Part shown: in pieces, positions 39,906-53,542 of the stretch | Position numbering within the stretch: the stretch's first letter is position 1 | Layout: the number at the start of each line of letters is the position of its first letter | Source: Macrostomum lignano | Lineage: Eukaryota | Direction of reading: 5' to 3' | Assembly: GCA_002269645.1 (NCBI GenBank) | Contig: NIVC01001061.1 | Location: 62,001 to 126,000, forward strand | DNA length: 64,000 nt | Translations under genes and position numbers: made by a program | The notes under the pieces: generated by a model | The model's database searches: none | Told to the model about the DNA's origin: nothing | Seen by the model: only the letters and a program-made list of their open reading frames with translations

Positions 39906-40451
39906 TGAGATGGAGGAGGCTGGGTGATGAGATGAAGGAGAGGCTGAGTGATGAGATGGAGGAGAGGCTGAGTGATGAGATGGAGGAGAGGCTGAGTGAT
40001 GAGATGGAGGAGGCTGGGTGATGAGATGGAGGCTGGGTGATGAGATGGAGGAGGCTGGGTGATGAGATGGAGGCTGTGTGATGAGATGGAGGAGGCTGGG
40101 TGATGAGATGGAGGAGGCTGGGTGATGAGATGGAGGCTGTGTGATGAGATGGAGGAGGCTGGGTGATGAGATGGAGGAGGCTGGGTGATGAGATGGAGGA
40201 GGCTGGGTGATGAGATGGAGGAGGCTGGGTGATGAGATGGAGGCTGTGTGATGAGATGGAGGAGGCTGGGTGATGAGATGGAGGAGGCTGGGTGATGAGA
40301 TGGAGGAGGCTGGGTGATGAGATGGAGGAGGCTGGGTGATGAGATGGAGGAGGCTGGGTGATGAGATGGAGGAGGCTGGGTGATGAGATGGAGGCTGTGT
40401 GATGAGATGGAGGAGGCTGGGTGATGAGATGGAGGCTGGGTGATGAGATGG
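39885..40451. repeat. 19/22-bp minisatellite overlapping the ion-channel stop codon
   Basis: GGGTGATGAGATGGAGGAGGCT, about 25 copies. Confidence 0.95.
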
Positions 40452-40669
40452 CAACTCCTAACAATTCTTTCGCCTGTTACTGTTAGAAATTTTTCTATTA
40501 ATAATTTGTCTTTTATTATTGCGTAGCGCCTGTTTAATCTTGCCTGTAAATTTCTGTTTGCCAGCCTGTTCACGCCTGTCTTGTGTTTGCCCCTATCCCT
40601 TGCCTCTCGCCTTTGTGCAGTGTTTTCATTTATTGCTGTTGTTTTGCTAAGTTTGCTAAAAACCATTTC

Positions 40670-41030
40670 TTTTTATTTTGGAACAAGGGAGCCGTATGTA
40701 CCCTGGTGCACTTTAAGCGACATTGTCACACAACCGGCGAGAGGCATTACTGACCATTCCGCCGACTCCCCTGAGCAGGCATACAAGCGCGCGGATACGT
40801 ACGCAGGCACACACTTACACAGGAGTGTACAGCGGCCCTAACTTTATTTATCGTTAGGCATGTACACTTCACTGCGCCTTGGGGGGTTGGCCCTCAAATG
40901 GCGTTAATTGCACGAGCAGAGCCAAGCCGAAATTCCAATTTAGCCCCAAATTAATGTGACTGCACTTGGAATCGAGCCTGGGCCGCTGGCGCATCAGAGC
41001 GCCGCGCCAGATCACTGGGCTTCGGCTCCC
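40670..41030 (-). mobile_element. tRNA-derived SINE, copy 2
   Basis: Long exact matches to copy 1 (CCCTGGTGCACTTTAAGCGACATTGTCACACAACCGGCGAGAGGCATTACTG; CAGGAGTGTACAGCGGCCCTAACTTTATTTATCGTTAGGCATGTACACTTCACTGCGCCT). Confidence 0.8.
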
Positions 41031-41624
41031 TTGTGATGTACCATGGTACTTGTTTAATGATTTTTTAAGAAAAATTTGTTAACATGCAACAAAATCGGTA
41101 GCCAGAGATTCTGCTATAATAAATATGCTTTAAAAGTTTCTATTTTTGCGATTACTTAAAATTCTGTGCAAATTCCACGAGCCGTTAAGAATTTTATTCA
41201 TTTGTGATCAGCATTCAATGCTGAAAATTCCTGCACTCCAAATGTAACGCTTTCGTTCGATGTGTTTTACTATGAGTACAAATATATTATTGCTACTTAA
41301 TGCAGGTTGTCAAATCCATCTATCCTACTTATGAGTAGTGCGATTGGTAAAGTCCGAATCTAAAGATCAATGAGGCCCAGTTATATAGATCAATGAGGTG
41401 CGATTTCATAGATCCATAGATCCATAGATCCATAGATTCCATAGATCAATGAGGGCGGGCCCGATTCTGTAGATCAACGAGGTTGTGATTCAATAGATCA
41501 GTGAAGTCCAGTTTTTTAATTAATGAGGCCTCCACTCCAACCTCCATCACCAGCTTATTCTTAACCTTCATCTTCTAGCCTATTTGTACCATTCATGCGC
41601 ACCAAACTTTACCCTCCAAACCCT

Positions 41625-41850
41625 ACAGTCTACACCCTCCACACCCACCAATTCACACCCTCCACACCCACCAATCCACACCCTCTACACCCGCCAATCT
41701 ACACCCTCCAAACCCACCAATCCACACCCTCCACACCCACCAATTCACACCCTCCACACCCACCAATCCACACCCTCCACACCCACCAATCCACACCCTC
41801 CACACCCACCAATTCACACCCTCCACACCCACCAATCCACACCCTCCAAG
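41625..41850. repeat. 23-bp C/A-rich minisatellite upstream of Lhx2/9
   Basis: ACACCCACCAATCCACACCCTCC, about 9 copies. Confidence 0.92.
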
Positions 41851-41984
41851 CTCGCAATCTACACCCGCCATTGACATTCTATCCATTTGAAACCACCCCA
41901 GTCAAGTCTCACAGTTTCGCTGGAACTCTATTTAGGACAGGAATCAAACTTTCCCAAATGTGAATAATCCCCTCCCGCTCTCAA

Positions 41985-42065
41985 ACTCCCATTGGCTGTC
42001 GGCCGAGAACTCGCTTGCTTTTCATTGGCTGAGCAATTTTTTCCCTAAGGATGAGGCGGGCCGCG
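41985..42065 (+). promoter_or_regulatory. Putative proximal promoter of the Lhx2/9 gene
   Basis: Two CATTGGCTG (inverted CCAAT) boxes and a GAGGCGGG GC-box-like element just upstream of the first in-frame ATGs. Confidence 0.4.
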
Positions 42066-42190
42066 GGGTGGTCGGAATGGCTACCAAAGCCGCAAAAAAT
42101 CCTGGGAATAAATTTCTTGTTGCAATACCCGCATTGAGAAATCCTAGCTTGACCGGTTCGCCTTTCCAAGAAAGATACACCGCTGCTCGA

Positions 42191-43586
42191 ATGCTGTCGC
42201 TTCTCAGTGCCGACGAGTGCCGGACATTGCAGCCGGATCAGCAGCAGCCGCAGCAGCTGTTCTGCTCAGCCTGCGGCGACAGCATCCGCGATCGGTACTT
42301 CCTGCAGACTGGCGAGTGCGTCTGGCATGACGACTGTTTGAAGTGCGCCGCCTGCGGCCAGCCGCTGGACAAGGAGGCCAGATGCTACTGCAGGCACGGG
42401 GCCGCCTACTGTAGGGAGGACTACGTGAGGTGAGCCTGAAGCAGAACTGTGGCCTGAAGCAAGGGACTGTGACCTGAAGCAAGGGACTGTGACTTGAAGC
42501 AAGGGACTGTGACTTGAAGCAAAGGACTGTATAGCCTGAAGCAAGTGACTGTATAGCCTGAAGCAAGTGACTGTATAGCCTGAAGCAAGTGACTGTATAG
42601 CCTGAAGCAGAACTGTGGCCTGAAGCAAGGGACTGTGGCCTGAAGCAAGGGACTGTGGCCTGAAGCAAGGGACTGTATAGCCTGAAGCAAAGGACTGTGG
42701 CCTGAAGCAAGTGACTGTATAGCCTGAAGCAAAGGACTGTATAGCCTGAAGCAAGTGACTGTATAGCCTGAAGCAAAGGACTGTGGCCTGAAGCAAGGAC
42801 TGTAGCCTGAAGCAAGGGATTGTATAGCATGAAGCAAGGGACTGTATAGCCTGAAGCAAGGGACTGTATAGCCTGAAGCAAGGGACTGTATAGCCTGAAG
42901 CAAGGGACTGTGGCCTGAAGCAAGGGACTGTATAGCCTGAAGCAAGTGACTGTATAGCCTGAAGCAAAGGACTGTATAGCCTGAAGCAAGGGACTGTAGC
43001 CTGAAGCGAGGGAGTGTATAGCCTGAAGAAAGGGACTGTAGCTTTAATCAAGGGACTGTAGCCTGAAGCAAGAGACTGTAGCCTAAAGCAAGAGACTGTA
43101 GCCTGAAGCAAGGGACTGTATAGCCTGAAGCAAGGGACTGTAGCCTGAAGCAAAATAAAAGGGGAGTGGATATAGGGGATAGGCAGGTGGACAAAGGAGC
43201 CTGGCAAGGTGTTGAGCACGATAAACGAGAGACGAGAGGGAGGGGCAGGGGAAAGGAAGGAGGAATATAAGGAAGCGCATCCTCTGCGACTAGACTGGAT
43301 TTCCTGAAGTTTCTTCGACTTACAATCAATTTCTTCCTCTGTTCTGAGGAGCTCACATAGAGGAGCATGAGGAGAGTCAGCCACAAAGACAAAGTTGAAT
43401 GAGTCTTCCATAGATGTAGATGTAGACAGGCAGGGCAGCCTCCCTTATAGCCTCCCACGCCGCGTGAACGGGTTGCGAGTAGCGGACCGGCGCAGCTCGT
43501 GATAAATTGATGGCTCCATTGTGCAGCCAACCGCGAAGCATAATGAAATGCTTTAGATTGAGGCTGTCTACGTGTGCGTGCGTGCG

Positions 43587-43634
<48 letters not shown>

Positions 43635-46600
43635 TGTATCCCTGATAGAACTATCAGGTCAGTCCGATAGATCTGGGACCGAATATCGAACAGATCGCAT
43701 AGATCTGGGACCGAATATTCAACAGATCCGATAGATCTGGGACCGAATATCCAACAGATCTGGGACCGAATATCCGACAGATCCGATAGATCTGGGACCG
43801 AACATCCAACAGATCTGGGACCGAACATCCAACAGATCTGGGACCGAATATCCAACAGATCTGGGACCGAATATCCAACAGATCCGATAGATTTGGGACC
43901 GAATATCCAACAGATCCGATAGATCTGGGACCGAATATCCAACAGATCCCATAGATCTGGGACCGAATATTCAACAGATCCGATAGATCTGGGACTGAAT
44001 ATCCAACAGATCTGGGACCGAATATCCAACAGATCCTATAGATCTGAGACCGAATATCCAACAGATCCGATAGATCTGAGACCGAATATCCAACAGATCC
44101 GGTAGATCTGGGACCGAATATCCAACAGATCCGGGACCGAATATCCAACAGATCCGGGACCGAATATCCAACAGATCCGATAGATCTGGGACCGAATATC
44201 CAACAGATCCGATAGATCTGGGACCGAATATCCAACAGATCCGATAGATCTGGGACCGAATATCCAACAGATCCGATAGATCTGGGACCGAATATCCAAC
44301 AGATCCGATAGATCTGGGACCGAATATCCAACAGATCCGATAGATCTGGGACCGAATATCCAACAAATCCGGTAGATCTGGGACCGAATATCCAACAGAT
44401 CTGGGACCGAATATCCAACAGATCCGGGACCGAATATCCAACAGATCTGGGACCGAATATCCAACAGATCCGATAGATCTGGGACCGAATATCCAACAGA
44501 TCCGATAGATCTGGGACCGAATATCCAACAGATCCGGGACCGAATATCCAACAGATCTGGGACCGAATATCCAACAGATCCGGGACCGAATATCCAACAG
44601 ATCTGGGACCGAATATCCAACAGATCCGATAGATCTGGGACCGAATATCCAACAGATCCGATAGATCTGGGACCGAATATCCAACAGATCCGATAGATCT
44701 GGGACCGAATATCCAACAGATCCGATAGATCTGAGACCGAATATCCAACAGATCCGGGACCGAATATCCAACAGATCCGGGACCGAATATCCAACAGATC
44801 TGGGACCGAATATCCAACAGATCCGATAGATCTGAGACCGAATATCCAACAGATCCGATAGATCTGGGACCGAATATCCAACAGATCCGATAGATCTGAG
44901 ACCGAATATCCAACAGATACGATAGATCTGGGACCAAATATCCAACAGATCCGATAGATCTGGGACCAAATATCCAACAGATCCGGGACCGAATATCCAA
45001 CAGATCTGGGACCGAATATCCAACAGATCCAGGACCGAATATCCAACAGATCTGGGACCGAATATCCAACAGATCCGGGACCGAATATCCAACAGATCTG
45101 GGACCGAATATCCAACAGATCCGATAGATCTGGGACCAAATATCCAACAGATCCGATAGATCTGGGACCAAATATCCAACAGATCCGATAGATCTGGGAC
45201 CGAATATTCAACAGATCCGATAGATCTAGGACCAAATATCCAACAGATCCGATAGATCTGGGACCGAATATCCAACAGATCTGGGACCAAATATCCAACA
45301 GATCCGATAGATCTGGGACCAAATATCCAACAGATCCGATAGATCTGGGACCGAATATCCAACAGATCCTATAGATCTGAGACCGAATATCCAACAGATC
45401 CGATAGATCTGAGACCGAATATCCAACAGATCCTATAGATCTGAGACCGAATATCCAACAGATCCGGGACCGAATATCCAACAGATCCGGGACCGAATAT
45501 CCAACAGATCCGATAGATCTGGGACCGAATATCCAACAGATCCGATAGATCTGAGACCGAATATCCAACAGATCCGGGACCGAATATCCAACAGATCCGA
45601 TAGATCTGAGACCGAATATCCAACAGATCCGGGACCGAATATCCAACAGATCCGATAGATCTGAGACCGAATATCCAACAGATCCGATAGATCTGGGACC
45701 GAATATCCAACAGATCTGGGACCGAATATCCAACAGATCCGGGACCGAATATCCAACAGATCCGATAGATCTGAGACCGAATATCCAACAGATCCGATAG
45801 ATCTGGGACCGAATATCCAACAGATCCGATAGATCTGGGACCGAATATCCAAACAGATCCGATAGATCTGAGACCGAATATCCAACAGATCCGATAGATC
45901 TGGGACCGAATATCCAACAGATCCGATAGATCTGGGACTGAATATCCAACAGATCCGATAGATCTGGGACCGAATATCCAACAGATCCGATAGATCTGGG
46001 ACCGAATATCCAACAGATCCGATAGATCTGAGACCGAATATCCAACAGATCCGATAGATCTGGGACTGAATATCCAACAGATCCCATAGATCTGGGACTG
46101 AATATCCAACAGATCCGATAGATCTGGGACCGAATATCCAACAGATCCGGGACCGAATATCCAACAGATCTGGGACCGAATATCCAACAGATCCGGGACC
46201 GAATATCCAACAGATCTGGGACCGAATATCCAACAGATCCGATAGATCTGGGACCGAATATCCAACAGATCCGATAGATCTGGGACCGAATATCCAACAG
46301 ATCCGATAGATCTGGGACCGAATATCCAACAGATCCGATAGATCTGAGACCGAATATCCAACAGATCCGGGACCGAATATCCAACAGATCCGGGACCGAA
46401 TATCCAACAGATCTGGGACCGAATATCCAACAGATCCGATAGATCTGAGACCGAATATCCAACAGATCCTATAGATCTGGGACCGAATATCCAACAGATC
46501 CGATAGATCTGAGACCGAATATCCAACAGATACGATAGATCTGGGACCAAATATCCAACAGATCCGATAGATCTGGGACCAAATATCCAACAGATCCGAT

Positions 46601-49600
46601 AGATCTGGGACCAAATATCCAACAGATCCGATAGATCTGGGACCGAATATTCAACAGATCCGATAGATCTAGGACCAAATATCCAACAGATCCGATAGAT
46701 CTGGGACCGAATATCCAACAGATCTGGGACCAAATATCCAACAGATCCGATAGATCTGGGACCAAATATCCAACAGATCCGATAGATCTGGGACCGAATA
46801 TCCAACAGATCCTATAGATCTGAGACCGAATATCTAACAGATCCGATAGATCTGAGACCGAATATCCAACAGATCCTATAGATCTGAGACCGAATATCCA
46901 ACAGATCCGGGACCGAATATCCAACAGATCCGGGACCGAATATCCAACAGATCCGATAGATCTGGGACCGAATATCCAACAGATCCGATAGATCTGAGAC
47001 CGAATATCCAACAGATCCGGGACCGAATATCCAACAGATCCGATAGATCTGAGACCGAATATCCAACAGATCCGGGACCGAATATCCAACAGATCCGATA
47101 GATCTGAGACCAAATATCCAACAGATCCGATAGATCTGGGACCGAATATCCAACAGATCTGGGACCGAATATCCAACAGATCCGGGACCGAATATCCAAC
47201 AGATCCGATAGATCTGAGACCGAATATCCAACAGATCCGATAGATCTGGGACCGAATATCCAACAGATCCGATAGATCTGGGACCGAATATCCAAACAGA
47301 TCCGATAGATCTGAGACCGAATATCCAACAGATCCGATAGATCTGGGACCGAATATCCAACAGATCCGATAGATCTGGGACTGAATATCCAACAGATCCC
47401 ATAGATCTGGGACTGAATATCCAACAGATCCGATAGATCTGGGACCGAATATCCAACAGATCCGATAGATCTGAGACCGAATATCCAACAGATCCGATAG
47501 ATCTGGGACTGAATATCCAACAGATCCCATAGATCTGGGACTGAATATCCAACAGATCCGATAGATCTGGGACCGAATATCCAACAGATCCCATAGATCT
47601 GGGACTGAATATCCAACAGATCTGATCTCACAACTCCACCAATCCCGCAGGCTCTTCAAATGCGGCACCTGCGCCCGATGCGGCCAGCGCATCGACACTC
47701 GTGAGCTGGTGATGCGAGTTAACAGCCTGGTGTACCACCTGTCGTGCTTCTCCTGCGCAGCCTGCAGCCGACCGTTGAACACTGGCGACTGCTTCGGCTT
47801 GCAGGACGGCATGGTCTACTGCGGCGAGGACTACCGGGTACTGCTGCACACCCAGCAGCTCGCCTCGCCTTACTCGCCCCAGGACCAGCAACTGCCACCA
47901 CCGCCGCCACTGCCGCCACAGTCACAAACGCAACAGTTTCCCGGTTCAGCATTGGCTTCGTCGACACCTTCATCCTCGACACCATCAACAGCGTCGGCTG
48001 TTTCGGCGGCCGCGGCGGCGGCAGCTGCGGCAGCTGCCGCGGCAGCCGCTTTCTACAACGGGACCGGGGCAATGCAGAAAGGACGGCCAAGGCGCAAACG
48101 GGTGGAAGAATATTCGGGTGAGAAAATTGGATGTTTGTCTGTTTTGGTATGTGCATTAGTAGGCTGAACCCCAGGAATCAAATATACTCGTATATTAGGG
48201 TAGAGGGTTAAACGGGTTCCCGAGCTATAAATAGAATCAAATGTACATTGGGGTAGAGGGCCAAGACTCAAGTGGGTTCCCGAGATATAAATAGAACCAA
48301 ATGCACATTGGGGGTAGAGGGTCAAATGGGTTCTCGAGCTATAAATAGAATCAAATGTAGATTGGGGTAGAGGTCCAAGACTCAAGTGGGTTCCCGAGAT
48401 ATAAATAGAACCAAATGCACATTGGGGGTAGAGGGTCAAATGGGTTCTCGAGCTATAAATAGAATCAAATGTAGATTGGGGTAGAGGTCCAAGACTCAAG
48501 TGGGTTCCCGAGATATAAATAGAACCAAATGCACATTGGGGGTAGAGGGTCAAGTGGGTTCTCGAGCTATAAATAGAATCAAATGTAGATTGGGGTAGAG
48601 GGCCAAGACTCAAGTGGGTTCCCGAGATATAAATAGAACCAAATGCACATTGTTAGGGTTAGAGGGCCAAGACTCGAGTGGGTTCCTGAGCTATAAATAG
48701 AACTAGTTAAATATAGAAAGAACGGACAAGAAGAAATATCTGAATGTACAAACTGGCAGTGAGTGAATTTATACTATAGCATCCGTGCCGTGCACATCCA
48801 GGCTGAACCTCGGGAATGTAAATAGAATGTACAAGATAGAATGCAAATAGATCTAAGCTCGCATGGGCCAATGCCGATAGCCTGCTGAAATTAATTTTGA
48901 GGCTTAGTTCCGTAGCTATCTTATAAAAATATACTGAACAAGAGGTCAACAAGAAGAATGAGTAGAAGGAAAAAAACACTAGAATGGTCAGCAAGTGGAA
49001 GCAGTGAAGCGTTTAAAACCACTTTTTTAGCTCGTAAATTGCTTTGTCCTTCCTCCCTTACGCATAGATGTTAATATAGCATTGACTCAATCGTTGAAGC
49101 AAAACAGCTGTCTTGTGTATGTCTCTCCTTGCTGAGCCGGCAATCCGGCCCCCCGTGTTTAATTGAGAAAATGAGAAGGGAAAGGGTACGGCATCGAAGG
49201 TAAAAAAGGGGACAGAAAATCACATGCTTATAAAAGCAGCAAAAAGAGAGGGACATTGAGGAGGCTGGGGCCGCTATGCTTGAAGATGAAGAATGAAGGA
49301 ACGGTGCTGGAAAAAATCTGACGAAAAAAGACAATAGGATTTAGGCAGAAGAAGACGGTCCATGATGACGGAACCAGAGGAGGAGGAGGGGATTGCTAGA
49401 AAGCCGACCCCGCCTCCACCCCTCCAGCAGACAGTCGAGGCTCAGTCTGAATTGAAGCAGTTAGAGCAGGTGAGGCAGGCGGGACTGACAGGTCAGCTCA
49501 AAAAACAAGCAGTTCATGGAAAGCGGATACTTCTGTGGTTGCTGCATAGATGGGGGATTGCCCAGCCAACCCCATGCTGTCTACCTGAGCTGTTTGCCCT

Positions 49601-52600
49601 GGCCAATTCCACTTAATCCCACTTAACATTCCAATTGCACTGGTCACCAATTGTTGTGACTGATTGCTTTAATCCCGTTGAGTCTGGTAGCCTCACACAG
49701 GTGCACTCCGGCCATAGCATGGCATCTGCTGTCTCTCGTTCATTCTTGAGACTGTCACACCTCTCTCCTGCCTCTCTCTTGAGTCTGTCACACCTCTCCT
49801 GCCTCTCTCTTGAGTCTGTTACACCTCTCCTGCCTCTCTCTTGAGTCTGTCACAGTGTCACACCTCTCTCCTGCCTCTCTCTTGAGTCTGTCACACCTCT
49901 CCTGCCTCTCTCTTGAGTCTGTCACACCTCTCCTGCCTCTCTCTTGAGTCTGTCACACCTCTCCTGCCTCTCTCTTGAGTCTGTCACACCTCTCTCCTGC
50001 CTCTCTCTTGTGTCTGTCACACCTCTCCTTCCTCTCTCTTGAGTCTGTCACACCTCTCTCCTGCCTCTCTCTTGAGTCTGTCACACCTCTCCTTCCTCTC
50101 TCTTGAGTCTGTCACACCTCTCCTGCCTCTCTCTTGAGTCTGTCACACCTCTCCTTCCTCTCTCTTGAGTCTGTCACACCTCTCCTGCCTCTCTCTTGAG
50201 TCTGTCACACCTCTCTCCTGCCTCTCTCTTGTGTCTGTCACACCTCTCCTTCCTCTCTCTTGAGTCTGTCACACCTCTCTCCTGCCTCTCTCTCGTCTCT
50301 GATCTCTCTGTATAGTCTCTGGTGTTTCTGATGTCGCTCTAGCGTCTCATCTGTCCCTAATCAACCCCGTTAACCGCTCTCCCCTCAGTCGATGACTGCG
50401 ACGCATCCCAGGAGGACTTCAGCCTGAGCAGCCCTCCCCGGCAGAAGCGCATGCGGACCTCATTCAAGCACAACCAGATTCGCACAATGAAGGCCTACTT
50501 CAGCCTCAACCACAACCCAGACGCCAAGGATTTGAAGCAGCTGGCTGAGAAGACCGGCTTGTCAAAGCGAGTCCTGCAGGTAGGAAATTATTTTTAGCAC
50601 CAGATCCCCAGAAATTATGAGGGAGATCTAGCTGGACAGGCTTAATAGCTTAATCCCTCACCTGTCTGTCCCTGTTGCGACTCAATCCAAGACCGAATCT
50701 TGCCTCGCACCCTCTGGGCTCTCATTAGGCCGAAAATTCCTGCTCCGGTCACGCCAGACTCCGCCCGCCTCATCATTGGCGTTCTAATTAGAACGAAAGA
50801 AATAAAACTGCCTGGGGATTAAGGGAGGGAGGCGACTCAGCGCAGTCTGACTGACAGTTCGGCATCAGATAAGAGAGAAAAAATCTTCGAAGAAGTTGAG
50901 CTCAAGGAGCGGCAGCTTCGAAGCAGTCGCTTAAGCGTCTTATATTTCCTGTCGTGGTGTCCCAGCTGCCTCGCTAAATGCCGGCTTTGACATGCCACGG
51001 GTCTGGGGACGAAACTCACTTCTTTAATGTGCTCAATTAACAACTGACGAATCTCGCCTTGAAATCTCTGAAAAATCTAAGACTCTCACCACGAAATTAA
51101 AAAAACAAACAGCAGAAAAATCTCATTCAAAAGTAACAGGGATAGACGAATCTCACCCTGAAACTAAAAGAGATTGAAGAATCTCACCCTGAAATTAAAA
51201 GAGATTGAAGAATCTCACCCTGAAATTAAAAGAGATTGACGAATCTCACCCTGAAATTAAAAGAGATTGGAGAATCTCACCCTGAAATTAAAAGAGATTG
51301 ACGAATCTCACCCTGAAATTAAAAGAGATTGAAGAATCTCACCCTGAAATTAAGAGATTGACGAATCTCACCCTGAAATTAAAAGAGATTGAAGAATCTC
51401 ACCCTGAAATTAAAAGAGATTGAAGAATCTCACCCTGAAATTAAAAGAGATTGAAGAATCTCACCCTGAAATTAAGGGATTGGAGAATCTCACCCTGAAA
51501 TTAAAAGAGATTGACGAATCTCACCCTGAAATTAAAAGAGATTGAAGAATCTCACCCTGAAATTAAGAGATTGACGAATCTCACCCTGAAATTAAAAGAG
51601 ATTGAAGAATCTCACCCTGAAATTAAAAGAGATTGAAGAATCTCACCCTGAAATTAAAAGAGATTGAAGAATCTCACCCTGAAATTAAGAGAGATTGAAG
51701 AATCTCACCCTGAAATTAAAAGAGATTGAAGAATCTCACCCTGAAATTAAAAGAGATTGAAGAATCTCACCCTGAAATTAAAAGAGATTGAAGAATCTCA
51801 CCCTGAAATTAAGAGATTGACGAATCTCACCCTGAAACTAAGAGAGATTGACGAATCTCACCCTGAAACTAAGAGAGATTGACGAATCTCACCCTGAAAC
51901 TAAGAGAGATTGAAGAATCTCACCCTGAAATTAAGAGATTGACGAATCTCACCCTGAAATTAAAAGAGATTGACGAATCTCACCCTGAAATTAAGAGATT
52001 GACAAATCTCACCCTGAAATTAAGAGATTGACGAATCTCACCCTGAAATTAAGAGATTGACGAATCTCACCCTGAAATTAAAAGAGATTGACGAATCTCA
52101 CCCTGAAACTAAGAGAGATTGACGAATCTCACCCTGAAACTAAGAGAGATTGAAGAATCTCACCCTGAAATTAAGAGATTGACGAATCTCACCCTGAAAT
52201 TAAAAGAGATTGACGAATCTCACCCTGAAATTAAGAGATTGACAAATCTCACCCTGAAATTAAGAGATTGACGAATCTCACCCTGAAATTAAGAGATTGA
52301 CGAATCTCACCCTGAAATTAAAAGAGATTGACGAATCTCACCCTGAAATTAAGAGATTGACGAATCTCACCCTGAAATTAAGAGATTGACGAATCTCACC
52401 CTGAAATTAAAAGAGATTGAAGAATCTCACCCTGAAATTAAAAGAGATTGGAGAATCTCACCCTGAAATTAAAAGATTGAAGAATCTCACCCTGAAATTA
52501 AAAGAGATTGAAGAATCTCACCCTGAAATTAAAAGAGATTGAAGAATCTCACCCTGAAATTAAAAGAGATTGAAGAATCTCACCCTGAAACTAAGAGAGA

Positions 52601-53426
52601 TTGACGAATCTCACCCTGAAATTAAAAGAGATTGAAGAATCTCACCCTGAAATTAAAAGAGATTGAAGAATCTCACCCTGAAATTAAAAGAGATTGAAGA
52701 ATCTCACCCTGAAACTAAGAGAGATTGACGAATCTCACCCTGAAATTAAAAGAGATTGAAGAATCTCACCCTGAAATTAAAAGAGATTGAAGAATCTCAC
52801 CCTGAAATTAAAAGAGATTGAAGAATCTCACCCTGAAACTAAGAGAGATTGACGAATCTCACCCTGAAATTAAAAGAGATTGAAGAATCTCACCCTGAAA
52901 TTAAAAGAGATTGAAGAATCTCACCCTGAAATTAAAAGAGATTGAAGAATCTCACCCTGAAACTAAGAGAGATTGACGAATCTCACCCTGAAATTAAAAG
53001 AGATTGAAGAATCTCACCCTGAAATTAAAAGAGATTGAAGAATCTCACCCTGAAATTAAAAGAGATTGAAGAATCTCACCCTGAAACCAAAACAGAGCGA
53101 GTAATTTCGCACCGAAATGAAAAACGAACTCCGACCCGCAGGTTTGGTTCCAGAACGCCCGGGCGAAATTTCGCCGAAGCCTCCTGCGCCAGGACGGCGC
53201 GGGCGCCTCCACCAGCGGCCAGCCGTCCTCGTCGGACGAAGCGGCGAGCGCCCAGACGGCGCCGGATGCGGCAGCGGCGAGCTCGTCGACACCAGGCGGG
53301 GGAGGCGCCGCTCGCTCCGGTGCGCCAAATTACTCGTCAACAACGTCGGACTTGAGCTCGGAGTGCCAGGAGGACCTGCGCCCAGATTCCTCGCTGGACG
53401 GCAACTCATGCGACATGTCCAGCTAG
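42191..53426 (+). CDS. LHX2/9: LIM-homeodomain transcription factor, apterous/Lhx2/Lhx9 class. Exons (42077 or) 42191-42429, 47651-48117, 50389-50579, 53142-53426
   Basis: LIM1 CSACGDSIRDRY...WHDDCLKCAAC...YCREDY; LIM2 CARCGQRI...LVMRV...YHLSCFSCAAC..LNTGD.FG...VYCGEDY; Lhx2/9 linker FYNGTGAMQKGRPRRKR; homeodomain KRMRTSFKHNQIRTMKAYFSLNHNPDAKDLKQLAEKTGLSKRVLQ|VWFQNARAKFRR. Exons 3 and 4 are absent from the ORF track and were found by manual translation. Confidence 0.95.
42432..43152. repeat. 20/22-bp minisatellite, Lhx intron 1
   Basis: GCCTGAAGCAAGGGACTGTATA, about 33 copies, starting at the splice donor. Confidence 0.95.
43660..47625. repeat. Mixed 32/23-bp satellite of about 4 kb, Lhx intron 1
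   Basis: GGGACCGAATATCCAACAGATCC with or without GATAGATCT. Diagnostic variants recur at a 1443-nt offset. Preceded by (TG)n at about 43575-43630. Confidence 0.97.
48195..48710. repeat. 114-bp dimeric repeat, Lhx intron 2
   Basis: CCAAGACTCAAGTGGG recurs at 48261, 48375, 48489 and about 48603; each unit contains two related halves. Confidence 0.92.
49765..50295. repeat. 31-33-bp pyrimidine-rich minisatellite, Lhx intron 2
   Basis: CTCTCTTGAGTCTGTCACACCTCTCCTGCCT, about 16 copies. Confidence 0.95.
51145..53086. repeat. 29/31-bp minisatellite, Lhx intron 3 (splits the homeobox)
   Basis: GAATCTCACCCTGAAATTAAAAGAGATTGAA, about 64 copies. Confidence 0.97.
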
Positions 53427-53542
53427 GGAGCGCGAGGTCAAATGAGGACAAGCTGGCTGGCTAATCAATGTTAACTTTCCGAAATTTCCTTTAAACGTTG
53501 CTTTTGTTTTGATGGCTGTTTTTAATGGATTGGCTTGGGACA

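Noticed and set aside
34659-41903. Shared 13-mer AACCACCCCAGTC upstream of both the ion-channel and Lhx genes
   Set aside because: 13-nt matches are expected by chance many times in a 64-kb window.
43568-47812. Long ORFs up to 808 aa on the minus strand
   Set aside because: The 32/23-bp unit lacks stops on that strand in all frames, so these are repeat artefacts.
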